Source: Pseudomonas sp.
Lineage (GTDB): Bacteria > Pseudomonadota > Gammaproteobacteria > Pseudomonadales > Pseudomonadaceae
NCBI RefSeq assembly: GCF_050282285.1
Contig: NZ_JBLZZJ010000013.1
Direction: 5' to 3' (one strand)
Length of the DNA: 64,000 nt
Shown here: positions 8,813 to 18,094 of the stretch, piece by piece
How positions within the stretch are numbered: position 1 is the first letter of the stretch
Layout: the number at the start of each line of letters is the position of its first letter
Notes under the pieces: generated by a model
Databases searched by the model: none
What the model was told of the DNA's origin: nothing
Seen by the model: the letters and a program-made list of their open reading frames with translations, nothing else
Position numbers and translations under genes: made by a program

Positions 8813-10132
8813 ATGCTGGAAAGCTTCAAGCTCGACGAGGCCCTGCGCTCGCTGGACACCGTGCAACTGGCCAAGGTCAGCGGTCGCCTGGTGCGGGTGT
8901 CCGGCATGCTCCTGGAAAGCCTCGGCTGCCAGCGCATGACCGGCCAGCGCTGCTACGTGGAACAGGGCGACGGCAGCATGCTCGACGCCCAGGTCGTGGG
9001 CTTCAACCGTGACCTCACCTACCTCATGCCCTTCAAGAAGCCCATCGGGCTGACGGCCGGCTCCCGGGTCTTCCCGGCCAAGGACGAAGCCTCGCTGCAG
9101 ATCGACGACTCCTGGCTGGGCCGGGTGATGAACGGCCTGGGCGAGCCCCTCGATGACCTCGGCAAATTGACCGGCCGTGACCCGTTGCCCACCGAACTGC
9201 CACGGGTCAACCCGCTCAAGCGCAAGCCGGTGTCCGAGCCGCTGGATGTCGGGGTGCGTGCCATCAACGCACTGCTGACCCTCGGCAAGGGCCAGCGGGT
9301 CGGGCTGTTCGCCGGCAGCGGCGTGGGCAAGAGCGTGCTGCTGGGCATGATCACCCGCGAGACCAAGGCCGACGTGGTGGTGGTCGGGCTGATCGGCGAG
9401 CGTGGCCGCGAGGTACAGGAATTCATCCTGCATTCGCTCGGCGAAGAAGGCCGGCGCAAGGCCGTGGTGGTGGTGGCACCGGCCAACGAATCACCGCTGA
9501 TGCGCCTCAAGGCCACCGAGCTGTGCCACTCCATCGCCGCGTACTTCCGTGATCAGGGCAAGGACGTGCTGCTGCTGGTCGATTCCCTGACCCGCTACGC
9601 CATGGCCCAGCGCGAGATCGCCCTGGCCCTGGGCGAGCCGCCGGCGACCAAGGGCTACCCGCCGTCGGTGTTCGGTCTGCTGCCCGAGCTGGTGGAAAGC
9701 GCCGGCAACGGTGAGAGCGAGCGCGGCAGCCTGAGTGCGCTGTACACCGTGCTGGCCGAAGGCGATGACCAGCAGGACCCGATCGCCGACTGCGCCCGGG
9801 CCATTCTCGACGGCCACATCGTGCTGTCGCGGCGCCTGGCGGACGTCGGCCACTACCCGGCCATCGACATCGCCGCCTCAGTCAGCCGCTGCATGAGCCA
9901 GGTCAGCGCGCCGGCGCACCAGGGCGCGGCGCGGCAGTTCAAGGAGTTCTACAGCACCTACGAGAAGATCAAGGAACTGATCCCCCTCGGCGGCTACACC
10001 CCTGGTCTGGACAGCAAGACCGACCGCTCGGTGCAACTGGCACCGGTGATCGAGCGCTTTCTGCGCCAGGAAGTCGGAGCCGGAGCCGACCTCGACCAGA
10101 GCATCACCACCCTGCAGGGCATCATCAAGTAG
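8813..10132 (+). CDS. fliI: FliI flagellum-specific ATPase
   Basis: 439 aa with Walker A GSGVGKS and Walker B VLLLVDSLTR. Similarity to the F1/T3SS ATPase family runs throughout. Confidence 0.97.
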   Translation: MLESFKLDEALRSLDTVQLAKVSGRLVRVSGMLLESLGCQRMTGQRCYVEQGDGSMLDAQVVGFNRDLTYLMPFKKPIGLTAGSRVFPAKDEASLQIDDSWLGRVMNGLGEPLDDLGKLTGRDPLPTELPRVNPLKRKPVSEPLDVGVRAINALLTLGKGQRVGLFAGSGVGKSVLLGMITRETKADVVVVGLIGERGREVQEFILHSLGEEGRRKAVVVVAPANESPLMRLKATELCHSIAAYFRDQGKDVLLLVDSLTRYAMAQREIALALGEPPATKGYPPSVFGLLPELVESAGNGESERGSLSALYTVLAEGDDQQDPIADCARAILDGHIVLSRRLADVGHYPAIDIAASVSRCMSQVSAPAHQGAARQFKEFYSTYEKIKELIPLGGYTPGLDSKTDRSVQLAPVIERFLRQEVGAGADLDQSITTLQGIIK

Positions 10133-10140
10133 GAGCGTCC

Positions 10141-10566
10141 ATGAAAGACCAGATCGACGTGCTGTCCCGCCTGGCCAGCCTGCGTGGCAGCCGGGTGCAG
10201 CAGATGCTCGGGCGGGTGAATTACCAGAAGAACCTGTGCCAGCGGTATCGCAACAACATCACAGGCCTGAACCGCCTGTGTGGTTTCACCGTGCCGATGA
10301 CCACGCCGCTGCAGCGCGACAACCAGCAGCAGTACAAAGCCACGCTGCACAAGATGGTGGAACTGCAGCGCCGCGAGCTGCAACTGGCCGAGGAGAACCT
10401 GGCGAGGATTCAGTCGGAACTGCTGGCAGCGATGCGCAGCGAGAAGGTGGTGATGCAGGTCATCGACACCAAGATGGCCCAGTGGCAGGCCGCCCTGGCG
10501 CAACAGGAACAGAAGATTCAGGATGGCCTGGCCGCCCAGGCGTGGATGCGCGCCCAAGGCGCCTGA
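10141..10566 (+). CDS. fliJ: FliJ export chaperone/stalk protein
   Basis: 141 aa coiled-coil protein directly after fliI, with typical FliJ size and position. Confidence 0.75.
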   Translation: MKDQIDVLSRLASLRGSRVQQMLGRVNYQKNLCQRYRNNITGLNRLCGFTVPMTTPLQRDNQQQYKATLHKMVELQRRELQLAEENLARIQSELLAAMRSEKVVMQVIDTKMAQWQAALAQQEQKIQDGLAAQAWMRAQGA

Positions 10567-10568
10567 CC

Positions 10569-10746
10569 GTCGCGGCTGAAGCCCCTCCCACGGAGCGGGG
10601 GAATGACAGAACCTTGTGGGAGGCGCTTCAGCGGCGAAGGGGTAAGGATTCAGAGGGTGTGGTCGCCGGGTGTTTTAAGCTCGCGGCTAAAGCCCCTCCC
10701 ACGGTGGGATGGCGAAATCCCCGTAGGAGGCGCTTCAGCGGCGAGC
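10569..10746. repeat. Four REP-type palindromic elements in two inverted pairs
   Basis: The four elements are gtcgcggctgaagcccctcccac (10569-10591), tgtgggaggcgcttcagcggcgaa (10615-10638), agctcgcggctaaagcccctcccac (10677-10702) and cgtaggaggcgcttcagcggcgagc (10722-10746). Confidence 0.85.
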
Positions 10747-10815
10747 TCTTCAGGGCTGACCACCCCACCCGCTGACTACTCATGTACAGGCTTCATGATT
10801 TTTTCGAAAAAAGAT

Positions 10816-10843
10816 TTAAGTCCAGACCGCTGACGGTCGCTTA
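10816..10843 (+). promoter_or_regulatory. Variant sigma-28-like promoter TTAAG-N15-GTCGCTTA upstream of flgM
   Basis: Reads atTTAAG-tccagaccgctgacg-GTCGCTTA, ending 33 nt before the flgM ATG. The same TTAAG-N15-GTCGC architecture recurs at 11677 and 20822 (minus strand). Confidence 0.5.
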
Positions 10844-10875
10844 TTTGGCTGTAACCCCAAGAGTTGGATGACACC

Positions 10876-11160
10876 ATGGAAATCAGCAGGCAATTCAAAG
10901 CCGGTTTCAGCGTTCAGGCCGAGGCGCCCGCCCAGACCCGCGTCGAGCGCTCCGAGCAGGCCAAGGCGCCTGCCGGCACCACCGGCAATGCCCCCGAGTC
11001 GCGCCTGGAAGCCCTGCAGGACGCCATGCGCAGCCTCCCGGACGTCGACCTCGACAAGGTCGCGGCGATCAAGCAGGCCCTGCAGCGCGGCGAAATCGTC
11101 AGCGACAGCGCGGCCCTGGCCGGCAGCATGCTGGCTTATCACAGCGGTAGTGATGCGTGA
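10876..11160 (+). CDS. flgM: FlgM anti-sigma-28 factor
   Basis: 94 aa counted from the ATG at 10876 (the ORF track starts at TTG 10864). The C-terminal FlgM signature is present (DVDLDKVAAIKQALQRGEIVSDSAALAGSML). Confidence 0.75.
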   Translation: MEISRQFKAGFSVQAEAPAQTRVERSEQAKAPAGTTGNAPESRLEALQDAMRSLPDVDLDKVAAIKQALQRGEIVSDSAALAGSMLAYHSGSDA

Positions 11161-11597
11161 GTCGACGTGAGCAGTTGCTCCAGGTCGCCGAGCAGGACGT
11201 CCAGCAGGACTGTGCCGACTACCTGAGCCTGCGCGGCCTGATGCAGGAGCTGTATCAGCAGTTGCTCAACCGCAACAGCCAGCAGATCGATCTGCTCAAC
11301 GATCAGATCGCCCACCTGGTCGATCAGGTGCGTAGCCGCGCCGAGCGTCGCAGCAAGATCCTCACCGCCTTTGGCCTGGGTGCCGGTGCCCCGGCCGTGC
11401 AGCAACTGTTCGGCCTCTACCCGGATGCCCGCAACGAGCACCTGCGTCAGACCTGGCAGCAACTGAGCCAGCTGGTGCAGCAGTGCAAGCGCCTCAACGA
11501 ACGCAACGGCAAGCTGCTGGCGATGCACAACGACATCCTCAACCAGATGCTCGGTGAGCAGCTCGACAACCAGCTGTACACCCCGCAATTCTTCTGA
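11157..11597 (+). CDS. flgN: FlgN-like hook-associated-protein chaperone
   Basis: 146 aa helical, Q/L-rich protein. Its GTG start overlaps the flgM stop (GTGA). Size, composition and position next to flgM fit FlgN. Confidence 0.6.
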   Translation: MSRREQLLQVAEQDVQQDCADYLSLRGLMQELYQQLLNRNSQQIDLLNDQIAHLVDQVRSRAERRSKILTAFGLGAGAPAVQQLFGLYPDARNEHLRQTWQQLSQLVQQCKRLNERNGKLLAMHNDILNQMLGEQLDNQLYTPQFF

Positions 11598-11676
11598 GTT
11601 CTACCACTCCCTTCCTGCCTTCCACCGGTGCTTCGCCGCTGCCCGCGTTCACGCCGTATTTCTCCCACCCCAGCGC

Positions 11677-11704
11677 TTAAGAAAAGTGCCGTTGCCGTCG
11701 CCTG
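11677..11704 (+). promoter_or_regulatory. Variant sigma-28-like promoter TTAAG-N15-GTCGCCTG upstream of the fliD operon
   Basis: Reads gcTTAAG-aaaagtgccgttgcc-GTCGCCTG. This is the second copy of the TTAAG-N15-GTCGC motif. Confidence 0.45.
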
Positions 11705-11837
11705 TTTAAGGGATGTGCCCGGCCCTTTGCGTCGATGCGGAAATGGCCTTTCCCCCTGTTGCCGATTCAGCTCCGAGCGGAAGTTTCCCTTCTGCATGGA
11801 ATTGCCTGAAACCCGCATGAAACCTGGGTTTTGCGAT

Positions 11838-11853
11838 TGGCACCGTTATTGCT
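11838..11853 (+). promoter_or_regulatory. Sigma-54 promoter (TGGCAC-N5-TTGCT) for the fliD-fliS-fliK-fliL-fliA-motAB operon
   Basis: tTGGCACcgttaTTGCTg is a perfect -24/-12 consensus with correct GG-N10-GC spacing. It ends 28 nt before the fliD ATG. Confidence 0.75.
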
Positions 11854-11880
11854 GATACCCCTACAAAGGAGCGTTATTTC

Positions 11881-13176
11881 ATGGCAATCGATTCCGACTA
11901 CGTCAAGCAGATGTCCTCGCAGCTGGCCTCTTACGAGGTGCAGGCTGCGCTGGCCAAGGCTAACCGCAACGAGGCGAGCTACAAGGCTCAGCTCAGCGCG
12001 GTGAGCACGTTGGAGAGTGCGCTGAAAACCTTCAGCTCCTCGATCAAGGGCATGAAGAGCGCCGGCAGCACGATGCTGATCAACAGCGCCAAGTTCAGCC
12101 AGGAAGGCTATGCCACCGCCACGGTCGGCACCAACGCCGTACCGGGCAACTACCAGTTCTTCGTCGAGCAGCTGGCCAGCCGGCACCAGGTGTCGGTCGG
12201 TGGCCTGCAGCCCGGCGACCTGGGCAGCGGCACCCTGACCATCGGCCAGGACGGCAAGTCGTTCAACGTCGACGTCAGCGGCGCCTCCACCCTCGAAGAG
12301 CTGGCCAGCGCGATCAACGGCGCCGCCGACAACAGTGGGGTCAAGGCCACCCTGGTACGCAGCAACGGCGAAGTGTCGCTGGTGCTGAGCAGCGAGAAGA
12401 GCGGTGCGGACAACGCCATCAGCGTGTCTGCCTCGGGCAACGCGGCCCTGGCCACGGCTGTGGGCAACCAGCAGGAACTGAGCAAGGCCCAGGACGCCCA
12501 GGTGCGCCTCGGTGGCGAGACCGGCATGTTGCTGACCAATGCCAGCAACACCTTCGAGAACATCATCGACGGCGTCAGCCTGACCTTCAACCGCACGCAC
12601 AAGGCAGGCGACCAGCCCCTGGGCGTCGACATCGGCCAGGACAGCAAGGCCACCCGGGACAAGGCCCAGGCCTTCATCAGCGCCCTCAATACCCTGATGA
12701 CCACATTCGATTCGCTGACTGCCAGTGGTGGCGAGACCAGCAACCGCGGTGTGCTGGCGGGCGATTCGAGCATCCGCTCCATCGAGAACATGTTGAACCA
12801 GGTGCTGCGTACCGAATTCGGCGGCGCCAGCCTGATGGAGTTCGGCATCGTCGCCGACCGCAACGGCAAGCTGACCATCGACGGCGCGCGCTTCGACAAG
12901 GCCGTGGCGGCCAATCCGGAAGGCTTCGAAAAGCTGTTCACCGACAAAGGCGCGCTGCTCGACACCATCGACAAGAACCTCGCGGTGTACACCAGCAGCG
13001 CCAACGGCCTGATGAAGACTCGCAAGGACAGCCTCAACAGCATGCTGCGCCGGGTCGATGACCAGTTCGACAACATCCAGAAGCAGTACGACAGCTACTA
13101 CAGCCGCTACCTCAAGCAGTACACCAGCATGATGCAGACGATGTCGGCGATGGAACAAACCTACGGGATGTTTTGA
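11881..13176 (+). CDS. fliD: FliD filament cap (HAP2; LafB-like)
   Basis: 431 aa. The FliD N-terminus (YVKQMSSQLASYEVQAALAKANRNEASYKAQLSAVSTLESAL) and C-terminus (...YDSYYSRYLKQYTSMMQTMSAMEQTYGMF) are both present. Confidence 0.93.
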   Translation: MAIDSDYVKQMSSQLASYEVQAALAKANRNEASYKAQLSAVSTLESALKTFSSSIKGMKSAGSTMLINSAKFSQEGYATATVGTNAVPGNYQFFVEQLASRHQVSVGGLQPGDLGSGTLTIGQDGKSFNVDVSGASTLEELASAINGAADNSGVKATLVRSNGEVSLVLSSEKSGADNAISVSASGNAALATAVGNQQELSKAQDAQVRLGGETGMLLTNASNTFENIIDGVSLTFNRTHKAGDQPLGVDIGQDSKATRDKAQAFISALNTLMTTFDSLTASGGETSNRGVLAGDSSIRSIENMLNQVLRTEFGGASLMEFGIVADRNGKLTIDGARFDKAVAANPEGFEKLFTDKGALLDTIDKNLAVYTSSANGLMKTRKDSLNSMLRRVDDQFDNIQKQYDSYYSRYLKQYTSMMQTMSAMEQTYGMF

Positions 13177-13571
13177 TGAGCACCTACCAGATGAATGAAA
13201 GCTACGACAGCTACCGCTCCGTCGACCTCGAGGCCCGCGCCGCCGCGGCATCGCCCTATGAGCTGGTGCTGGTGCTGTTCGACGGCCTGCTCGATGAGCT
13301 GGCCCGCGCCCGTGGCCACATCGAGGGCAAGCGCTACCAGCAGAAAGGGCAGTCGCTGGAGAAGTGCCTGAGCATTCTCAACGGCCTCAACAGCGCCCTG
13401 GATTACGACAACGGCGGGGAAGTGGTACAGGGCCTGTCACGGCTGTATGACTACTGCATCTACCGGCTTTCCGACGTCAGCGTGTCGCTGTCGCTGGAAG
13501 GGCTCGATGAGGTGGTGCACCTGCTCGGCGTGCTGCGCGAGGGGTGGGAAGGTGTCAATGCAACCCGCTGA
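13173..13571 (+). CDS. fliS: FliS flagellin chaperone
   Basis: 132 aa with FliS motifs (SPYELVLVLFDGLL...KCLSILNGLNSALDYDNGGEV...LSRLYDYCIYRL). Confidence 0.92.
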   Translation: MMSTYQMNESYDSYRSVDLEARAAAASPYELVLVLFDGLLDELARARGHIEGKRYQQKGQSLEKCLSILNGLNSALDYDNGGEVVQGLSRLYDYCIYRLSDVSVSLSLEGLDEVVHLLGVLREGWEGVNATR

Positions 13572-13884
13572 GGAACGGCGCCTGTTGCTGATGTTCAGCA
13601 CGGTGCACGGGCAGTTGCGTGCGGCGATGGAGGGCCGTGACTGGGAGCGCTTCGCCGCGATCGACCAGCGCGTGCGCGAGTGCCTGGACGCCCTGTCCGC
13701 CTGTGTCGAGCCGAGCGCCGAAGTGCTGCAGGCCAAACAGTTGCTCAAGGAGCTTTACGGTGCGGCGCTGGCCGGCTGCGCCGAAGCCTGTGAAAAGCTG
13801 CGTCAGGTGCTTCTCACGCACCTGGAATACGTGGAAGGGCGTTCTGCCTACCAGCGCGTCGATTTGTACCAGGGTGGGAGATAG
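13558..13884 (+). CDS. Small helical protein in the FliT/LafD position (putative chaperone)
   Basis: ORF 13447..13884 trimmed to the ATG at 13558, giving 108 aa. It overlaps the fliS end and lies between fliS and fliK as fliT/lafD does in laf clusters. I recognise no sequence motif. Confidence 0.4.
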   Translation: MQPAEERRLLLMFSTVHGQLRAAMEGRDWERFAAIDQRVRECLDALSACVEPSAEVLQAKQLLKELYGAALAGCAEACEKLRQVLLTHLEYVEGRSAYQRVDLYQGGR

Positions 13885-13887
13885 GCC

Positions 13888-14997
13888 GTGCAACCCATAC
13901 TGAATCAGGGCGGTCCTTCCGGCCTGCCAACCCTGGGCGACGCCCAGGCCGCGCCGCGCCCTGCCGGCTTTACAGCCGCGAATTCCGGTCAGACCGACAG
14001 CTCGCCCGTACCGGTGGTGGAATTCGCCAGCGAACTGGACAGCCTCGATGAACTGCTGAGCGACGCGGTTGAGCAGGTCGACGCCAGCGCCGATGCCCTG
14101 CCCATCGAACTGCCGGTGCAGGCGCAAGACTCTTCCCAGGCGGCGCCGGAACCGGATGCCGAACAATGGCTGCTGAGCATGCTCGGCCAGCGTGACGCCC
14201 AGGTCCAGGCCCGTGATGGCGAGCCGTTGGCGGTGACCGATGACGCGGTCGCCGCGGTTGATGACGCGGATGCGCAAGCCTGGCGTGGTCCGTTCAATCT
14301 GCCTGCCTCTATCGCCGCCAGCGCTGCTCCCGTGTACGAGCCCACGCCGCGTGTGGCCGCCGGTAGCACCGGCACCGTGGAAGTGAGCGCGCTGCCGAGC
14401 AATGCCCCGGCCGTGTTCGAACCGCCGGTGGTCGATGGGCTGGACACCGCTCCCGGCAGCGCTCTGGAGCGCGCCGTGAGCCAGGCTGCCAGCAGCGCGG
14501 AGCCGGTCGCGAGCACCACCACCGGCACCCAGGCTGCCGCCCACAGCGCGATGCCGGAACGCACGCTCAAGTTGCAGGGCCCGGAGCACAAGTGGGGTGA
14601 GCAGATGCTGCATGCCCTGCGCGAGAACGTCGAGATGCAGGTCCAGCAGCGGATGCAAAGCGCGACGATCCGTCTCGATCCGCCGGAGCTGGGCAGCCTG
14701 GAAATCTTCCTCAGCCACGAATCCGGGCGCCTCAGCGTGCAGATCTCCGCCGCCCAGGCCGACGTCGCGCGGCTGCTGCAGAGCACCAGCGAGCGCCTGC
14801 GCCAGGAACTGGTCGGGCAGAACTTCATGCAGGTCAGCGTCGGCGTCTCCAGCGATGGCCAGTCCGGTCAGCAGCATGCCCAGCAGGGGCGTGCGCAGCG
14901 TTTCGACGAGGAGCCTATGGTGGCCGCCACTACGTCCGGCACGCAGGACCAGCCTGGCACCACACGCCGTCGCAACGATGTGTTGATCACGGTGTGA
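13888..14997 (+). CDS. fliK: FliK hook-length control protein (LafE-like)
   Basis: 369 aa with a GTG start and a low-complexity A/P/Q-rich N-terminal half. The C-terminal Flg_hook domain is present (IRLDPPELGSLEIFLSHESGRLSVQISAAQADVARLLQSTSERLRQEL). Confidence 0.85.
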   Translation: MQPILNQGGPSGLPTLGDAQAAPRPAGFTAANSGQTDSSPVPVVEFASELDSLDELLSDAVEQVDASADALPIELPVQAQDSSQAAPEPDAEQWLLSMLGQRDAQVQARDGEPLAVTDDAVAAVDDADAQAWRGPFNLPASIAASAAPVYEPTPRVAAGSTGTVEVSALPSNAPAVFEPPVVDGLDTAPGSALERAVSQAASSAEPVASTTTGTQAAAHSAMPERTLKLQGPEHKWGEQMLHALRENVEMQVQQRMQSATIRLDPPELGSLEIFLSHESGRLSVQISAAQADVARLLQSTSERLRQELVGQNFMQVSVGVSSDGQSGQQHAQQGRAQRFDEEPMVAATTSGTQDQPGTTRRRNDVLITV

Positions 14998-15065
14998 GAC
15001 CGGCGCGGCAGTGCCTGTCGCGTGTGAAAAATCATTAATCAGTAGCAGTGGATTGAGAGTCGGTT

Positions 15066-15536
15066 ATGACGATGCAGCGGGTGATTCTGATAATGCTGGT
15101 GCTGAACACGGCGATTGCCCTGGGCTGCGTGGCGCTGACCTACACCATGCTCAAGCCCTTGCGCAGCGGAGAAGCGGTGCAGAGCTCGTGGTTCGAAGGC
15201 AGCACGGAAGAGGAGGCCACCAGCGAGTACACCTTCTTCCCGGTTCCGAAAATAATCGTCAGCTTGCAGGGTGAGGGCCGCGAGCACTACTTCGTGCTGG
15301 ACCTGGTGCTGCAGGCCGACATCCTGGCGGACACCAAGAAGCTCGAGCAGATCGACCCCATGGTGCGCACCTCGGTGGTCGGCCACCTGTCGGCCATGAG
15401 CTTCGCCCAGTTGCGCGGCATGCCCATCGCCGACCTGCAGGTGTCCCTGGAGACCGCACTGCTGCAGGACTTCTCCAGCAAGAAGCTGGCGGTGCCGTTC
15501 GACCATGTGCTGGTCAGCAAGCTGATCGTCCAGTAG
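15066..15536 (+). CDS. fliL: FliL basal-body-associated protein (LafF-like)
   Basis: 156 aa with a single N-terminal TM segment. The FliL core is present (FFPVPKIIVSLQGEGREHYFVLDLVLQ...). Confidence 0.8.
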   Translation: MTMQRVILIMLVLNTAIALGCVALTYTMLKPLRSGEAVQSSWFEGSTEEEATSEYTFFPVPKIIVSLQGEGREHYFVLDLVLQADILADTKKLEQIDPMVRTSVVGHLSAMSFAQLRGMPIADLQVSLETALLQDFSSKKLAVPFDHVLVSKLIVQ

Positions 15537-15545
15537 GCCACGGCG

Positions 15546-16280
15546 ATGAATGCGAACTGCGCAATCGACTATGGCTACAGCGCCGACCCGAACGGGTTGC
15601 CGGTGTTCGCGCCGGGCGCCGAGCAGAAGTGGCTGATGCAGTACCTGCCACTGGTCAAGCGCATCGTCAGCCAGTTGTCGTTGCAGGCCAACCAGGTCCT
15701 CGACCGCGAGGACATGGAGCAGATCGGCCTGATGGGGTTGCTCGAAGGGCTGCGCCGCTATGGCACCCCGGACGAGAACTTCGGTCGCTTTGCCGCCCTG
15801 CGCATTCGCGGTGCGATTCTCGATGAGCTGCGCCGCCAGGACTGGCGCCCGCGTCAGGTGCGCCAGCAGGCACACAAGGTGCGCGACGACATCCGCAGCC
15901 TGAGCCGCCAGCTCGGCCGGGCACCCACGGATGAAGAAATCATCGGCTTCACCGGGCTGGCCGACAAGGACTACCAGGAGTTCCTGCGGGCCGAGTCCTG
16001 CGAAGCCATCGAAAGCCTCGACGACCTGTTGCAGAACGGCCACGAAGGCTTTCTCGAAGGCAGCGTCGGGGTCGAGGAGCGGGTACTCAAGGAGCGCCTG
16101 CTGGCCCAGGCCCTCGACCAGTTGAACGAGCGCGAACGCCTGGTGCTCACCCTCTACTACCAGCATGAACTGAGCCTCAAGGAAATCGCCCTGGTGCTCG
16201 AACTCAGTGATGCGCGCGTGTGTCAGCTCAGCAAGCAGGCCCTCAACAAGGCCTGCCGTTACCTAACCGAGAGAAATTAG
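15546..16280 (+). CDS. fliA: Flagellar sigma-28 factor (FliA/LafS-like)
   Basis: 244 aa with sigma-70 regions 2, 3 and 4 (YLPLVKRIVSQL..., EDMEQIGLMGLLEGLRRY, ...LSLKEIALVLELSDARVCQLSKQAL). Confidence 0.93.
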   Translation: MNANCAIDYGYSADPNGLPVFAPGAEQKWLMQYLPLVKRIVSQLSLQANQVLDREDMEQIGLMGLLEGLRRYGTPDENFGRFAALRIRGAILDELRRQDWRPRQVRQQAHKVRDDIRSLSRQLGRAPTDEEIIGFTGLADKDYQEFLRAESCEAIESLDDLLQNGHEGFLEGSVGVEERVLKERLLAQALDQLNERERLVLTLYYQHELSLKEIALVLELSDARVCQLSKQALNKACRYLTERN

Positions 16281-16282
16281 CC

Positions 16283-17155
16283 GTGCAGAAAGTAATAGGT
16301 GCATTGATCATCGTGGCCTGCGTGCTGGGCGGATACGCCATGGCCAATGGCGATATGCGAGTGCTCTGGCAGCCGGCCGAGGTGGTGATCATTCTCGGGG
16401 CCGGCCTGGGCAGCCTGATCGTCGGCAACCCCAAGGAAGTGCTGCTGGAGATGTGCTCGCAGATCAAGGGCGTGTTCATCTTCAAGCGCCGTGGTGAGGA
16501 GTTCCAGCGCCAGTTGCTGATGCTCCTGTACGAGCTGCTGGAAATGGTCGACGTCGGTGGCCTCAAGGTGCTTGATGCGCACATCGAAGAGCCGGATCAG
16601 AGCGACCTGTTCGCCAAGTACCCGCTGATCCTCCAGGAAAAGAACCTGATGGCGTTCATCGCCGACAACTTCCGTCTCATGGCCATGGGCAAAATCAGCG
16701 CCCACGAACTGGAAGGCTTCCTCGAGCAGGAGCTGGACGCCATGGAGCACACCCTGCTGCAGCCGTCGCGCTCGCTGCACAAGATCGGCGAGGCCATGCC
16801 GGGTTTCGGCATCCTGGCCGCGATCATGGGCATCATCATCACCATGGGCAGCATCGGCGGCTCGGTGGCCGAAATCGGCGCCCACGTGGCGGCAGCCCTG
16901 GTCGGTACCTTCCTCGGCATCTTCTTCTGCTACTGCCTGATGGACCCCCTGAGCAACGCCATGAGCCAGCGCATCAAGACCGAACTGTCGGCCCTGGAAT
17001 GCGTGCGCACCACCCTGGTGGCACACGTGGCGGGCAAGCCGACGCTGCTGGCGGTGGACGCCGGGCGCAAGCTGATCGAGCAGGACGTGAAACCCGCCTT
17101 CAAGCAGCTGGAGACCTGGGTCAACCGCTACGAGGATGAAAGGGACGCGGCATGA
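16283..17155 (+). CDS. motA: MotA stator protein (LafT-like)
   Basis: ORF 16220..17155 trimmed to the GTG at 16283, 3 nt after the fliA stop. It has four TM segments and the MotA/ExbB core (MPGFGILAAIMGIIITMG... VAAALVGTFLGIFFCY). Confidence 0.92.
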   Translation: MQKVIGALIIVACVLGGYAMANGDMRVLWQPAEVVIILGAGLGSLIVGNPKEVLLEMCSQIKGVFIFKRRGEEFQRQLLMLLYELLEMVDVGGLKVLDAHIEEPDQSDLFAKYPLILQEKNLMAFIADNFRLMAMGKISAHELEGFLEQELDAMEHTLLQPSRSLHKIGEAMPGFGILAAIMGIIITMGSIGGSVAEIGAHVAAALVGTFLGIFFCYCLMDPLSNAMSQRIKTELSALECVRTTLVAHVAGKPTLLAVDAGRKLIEQDVKPAFKQLETWVNRYEDERDAA

Positions 17156-18093
17156 AGAAGCGCGGCGACAAAGACCATGAGGTGATCATCAAGCGCCGTT
17201 CCAAGAAGGGCCATGACGATGCCCATGGCGGCGCCTGGAAAGTCGCGTTCGCCGACTTCACCCTGGCGATGATGGCGCTGTTCATGGTGCTGTGGATCGT
17301 CCAGCCGCAGAACGACAACACCGTGCAGGCCCAGGCCGAAATGCTCACCAACCCGCTGGTGGACGGCGGCGCCGGGGTGTTCGACGGCACCAGCCGCACG
17401 CCGCTGGACCTGGATGGCATGCCGGTCACGGTGAGCCGCGAGGTCGACCCGGCCAACGACGCCGACAAGCCCCAGGACGGCAAGCCGACCGCGGCCGATG
17501 GTCGCAAGCACTATGGCTCGCCGGCGGAAATGCAGGAGCTGGCCGAGCTGATGGAAGCCCTGGCCGAAGAGGTCGATGCCCTGGCCAACATCGAAGTGCA
17601 GGTGGTACCCCAGGGGCTGCGCGTGCTGATCAAGGATGACCAGCAGCGCTTCATGTTCCAGCGCGGCAGCGCGGTGCTCAACCCGCATTTCCAGCGCCTG
17701 CTCACCGGGCTGTCCGGGGTGCTGGCCAAGGTCGACAACAAGCTGATCATCAGCGGCCATACCGATTCCACCCAGTACCGCCAGCAGGCCGGTTACAACA
17801 ACTGGAACCTTTCGGGAGACCGCGCCCTGCGGGCGCGCAACGTGATGGTCGATGGCGGGCTGCCGGCCGCGGGCATCCTGCAGGTGGCAGCCCAGGCCGA
17901 TGTCATGCCGCTGCGCCCGGATGAGCCGGAGAACGGTGCCAACCGGCGCATCGAAATCCTGCTGCTGACCAGCAAGGCGGAGAGGCTGTATCGGGAGCTG
18001 TTCGGGGAAGGGTACGCCCAGGCGCACTACTCGCAGAGCGGCACCGAATTCGTCGCACCGCCGGAACCGGCGCCGAAGCAGGGCGCGCTCTGA
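17152..18093 (+). CDS. motB: MotB stator protein with OmpA-like peptidoglycan-binding domain (LafU-like)
   Basis: 313 aa. GGAWKVAFADFTLAMMALFMVLW carries the conserved channel Asp. The C-terminal OmpA-like domain reads ISGHTDST...NWNLSGDRALRARNVM...NRRIEILLL. Confidence 0.93.
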   Translation: MKKRGDKDHEVIIKRRSKKGHDDAHGGAWKVAFADFTLAMMALFMVLWIVQPQNDNTVQAQAEMLTNPLVDGGAGVFDGTSRTPLDLDGMPVTVSREVDPANDADKPQDGKPTAADGRKHYGSPAEMQELAELMEALAEEVDALANIEVQVVPQGLRVLIKDDQQRFMFQRGSAVLNPHFQRLLTGLSGVLAKVDNKLIISGHTDSTQYRQQAGYNNWNLSGDRALRARNVMVDGGLPAAGILQVAAQADVMPLRPDEPENGANRRIEILLLTSKAERLYRELFGEGYAQAHYSQSGTEFVAPPEPAPKQGAL

Positions 18094-18094
18094 C

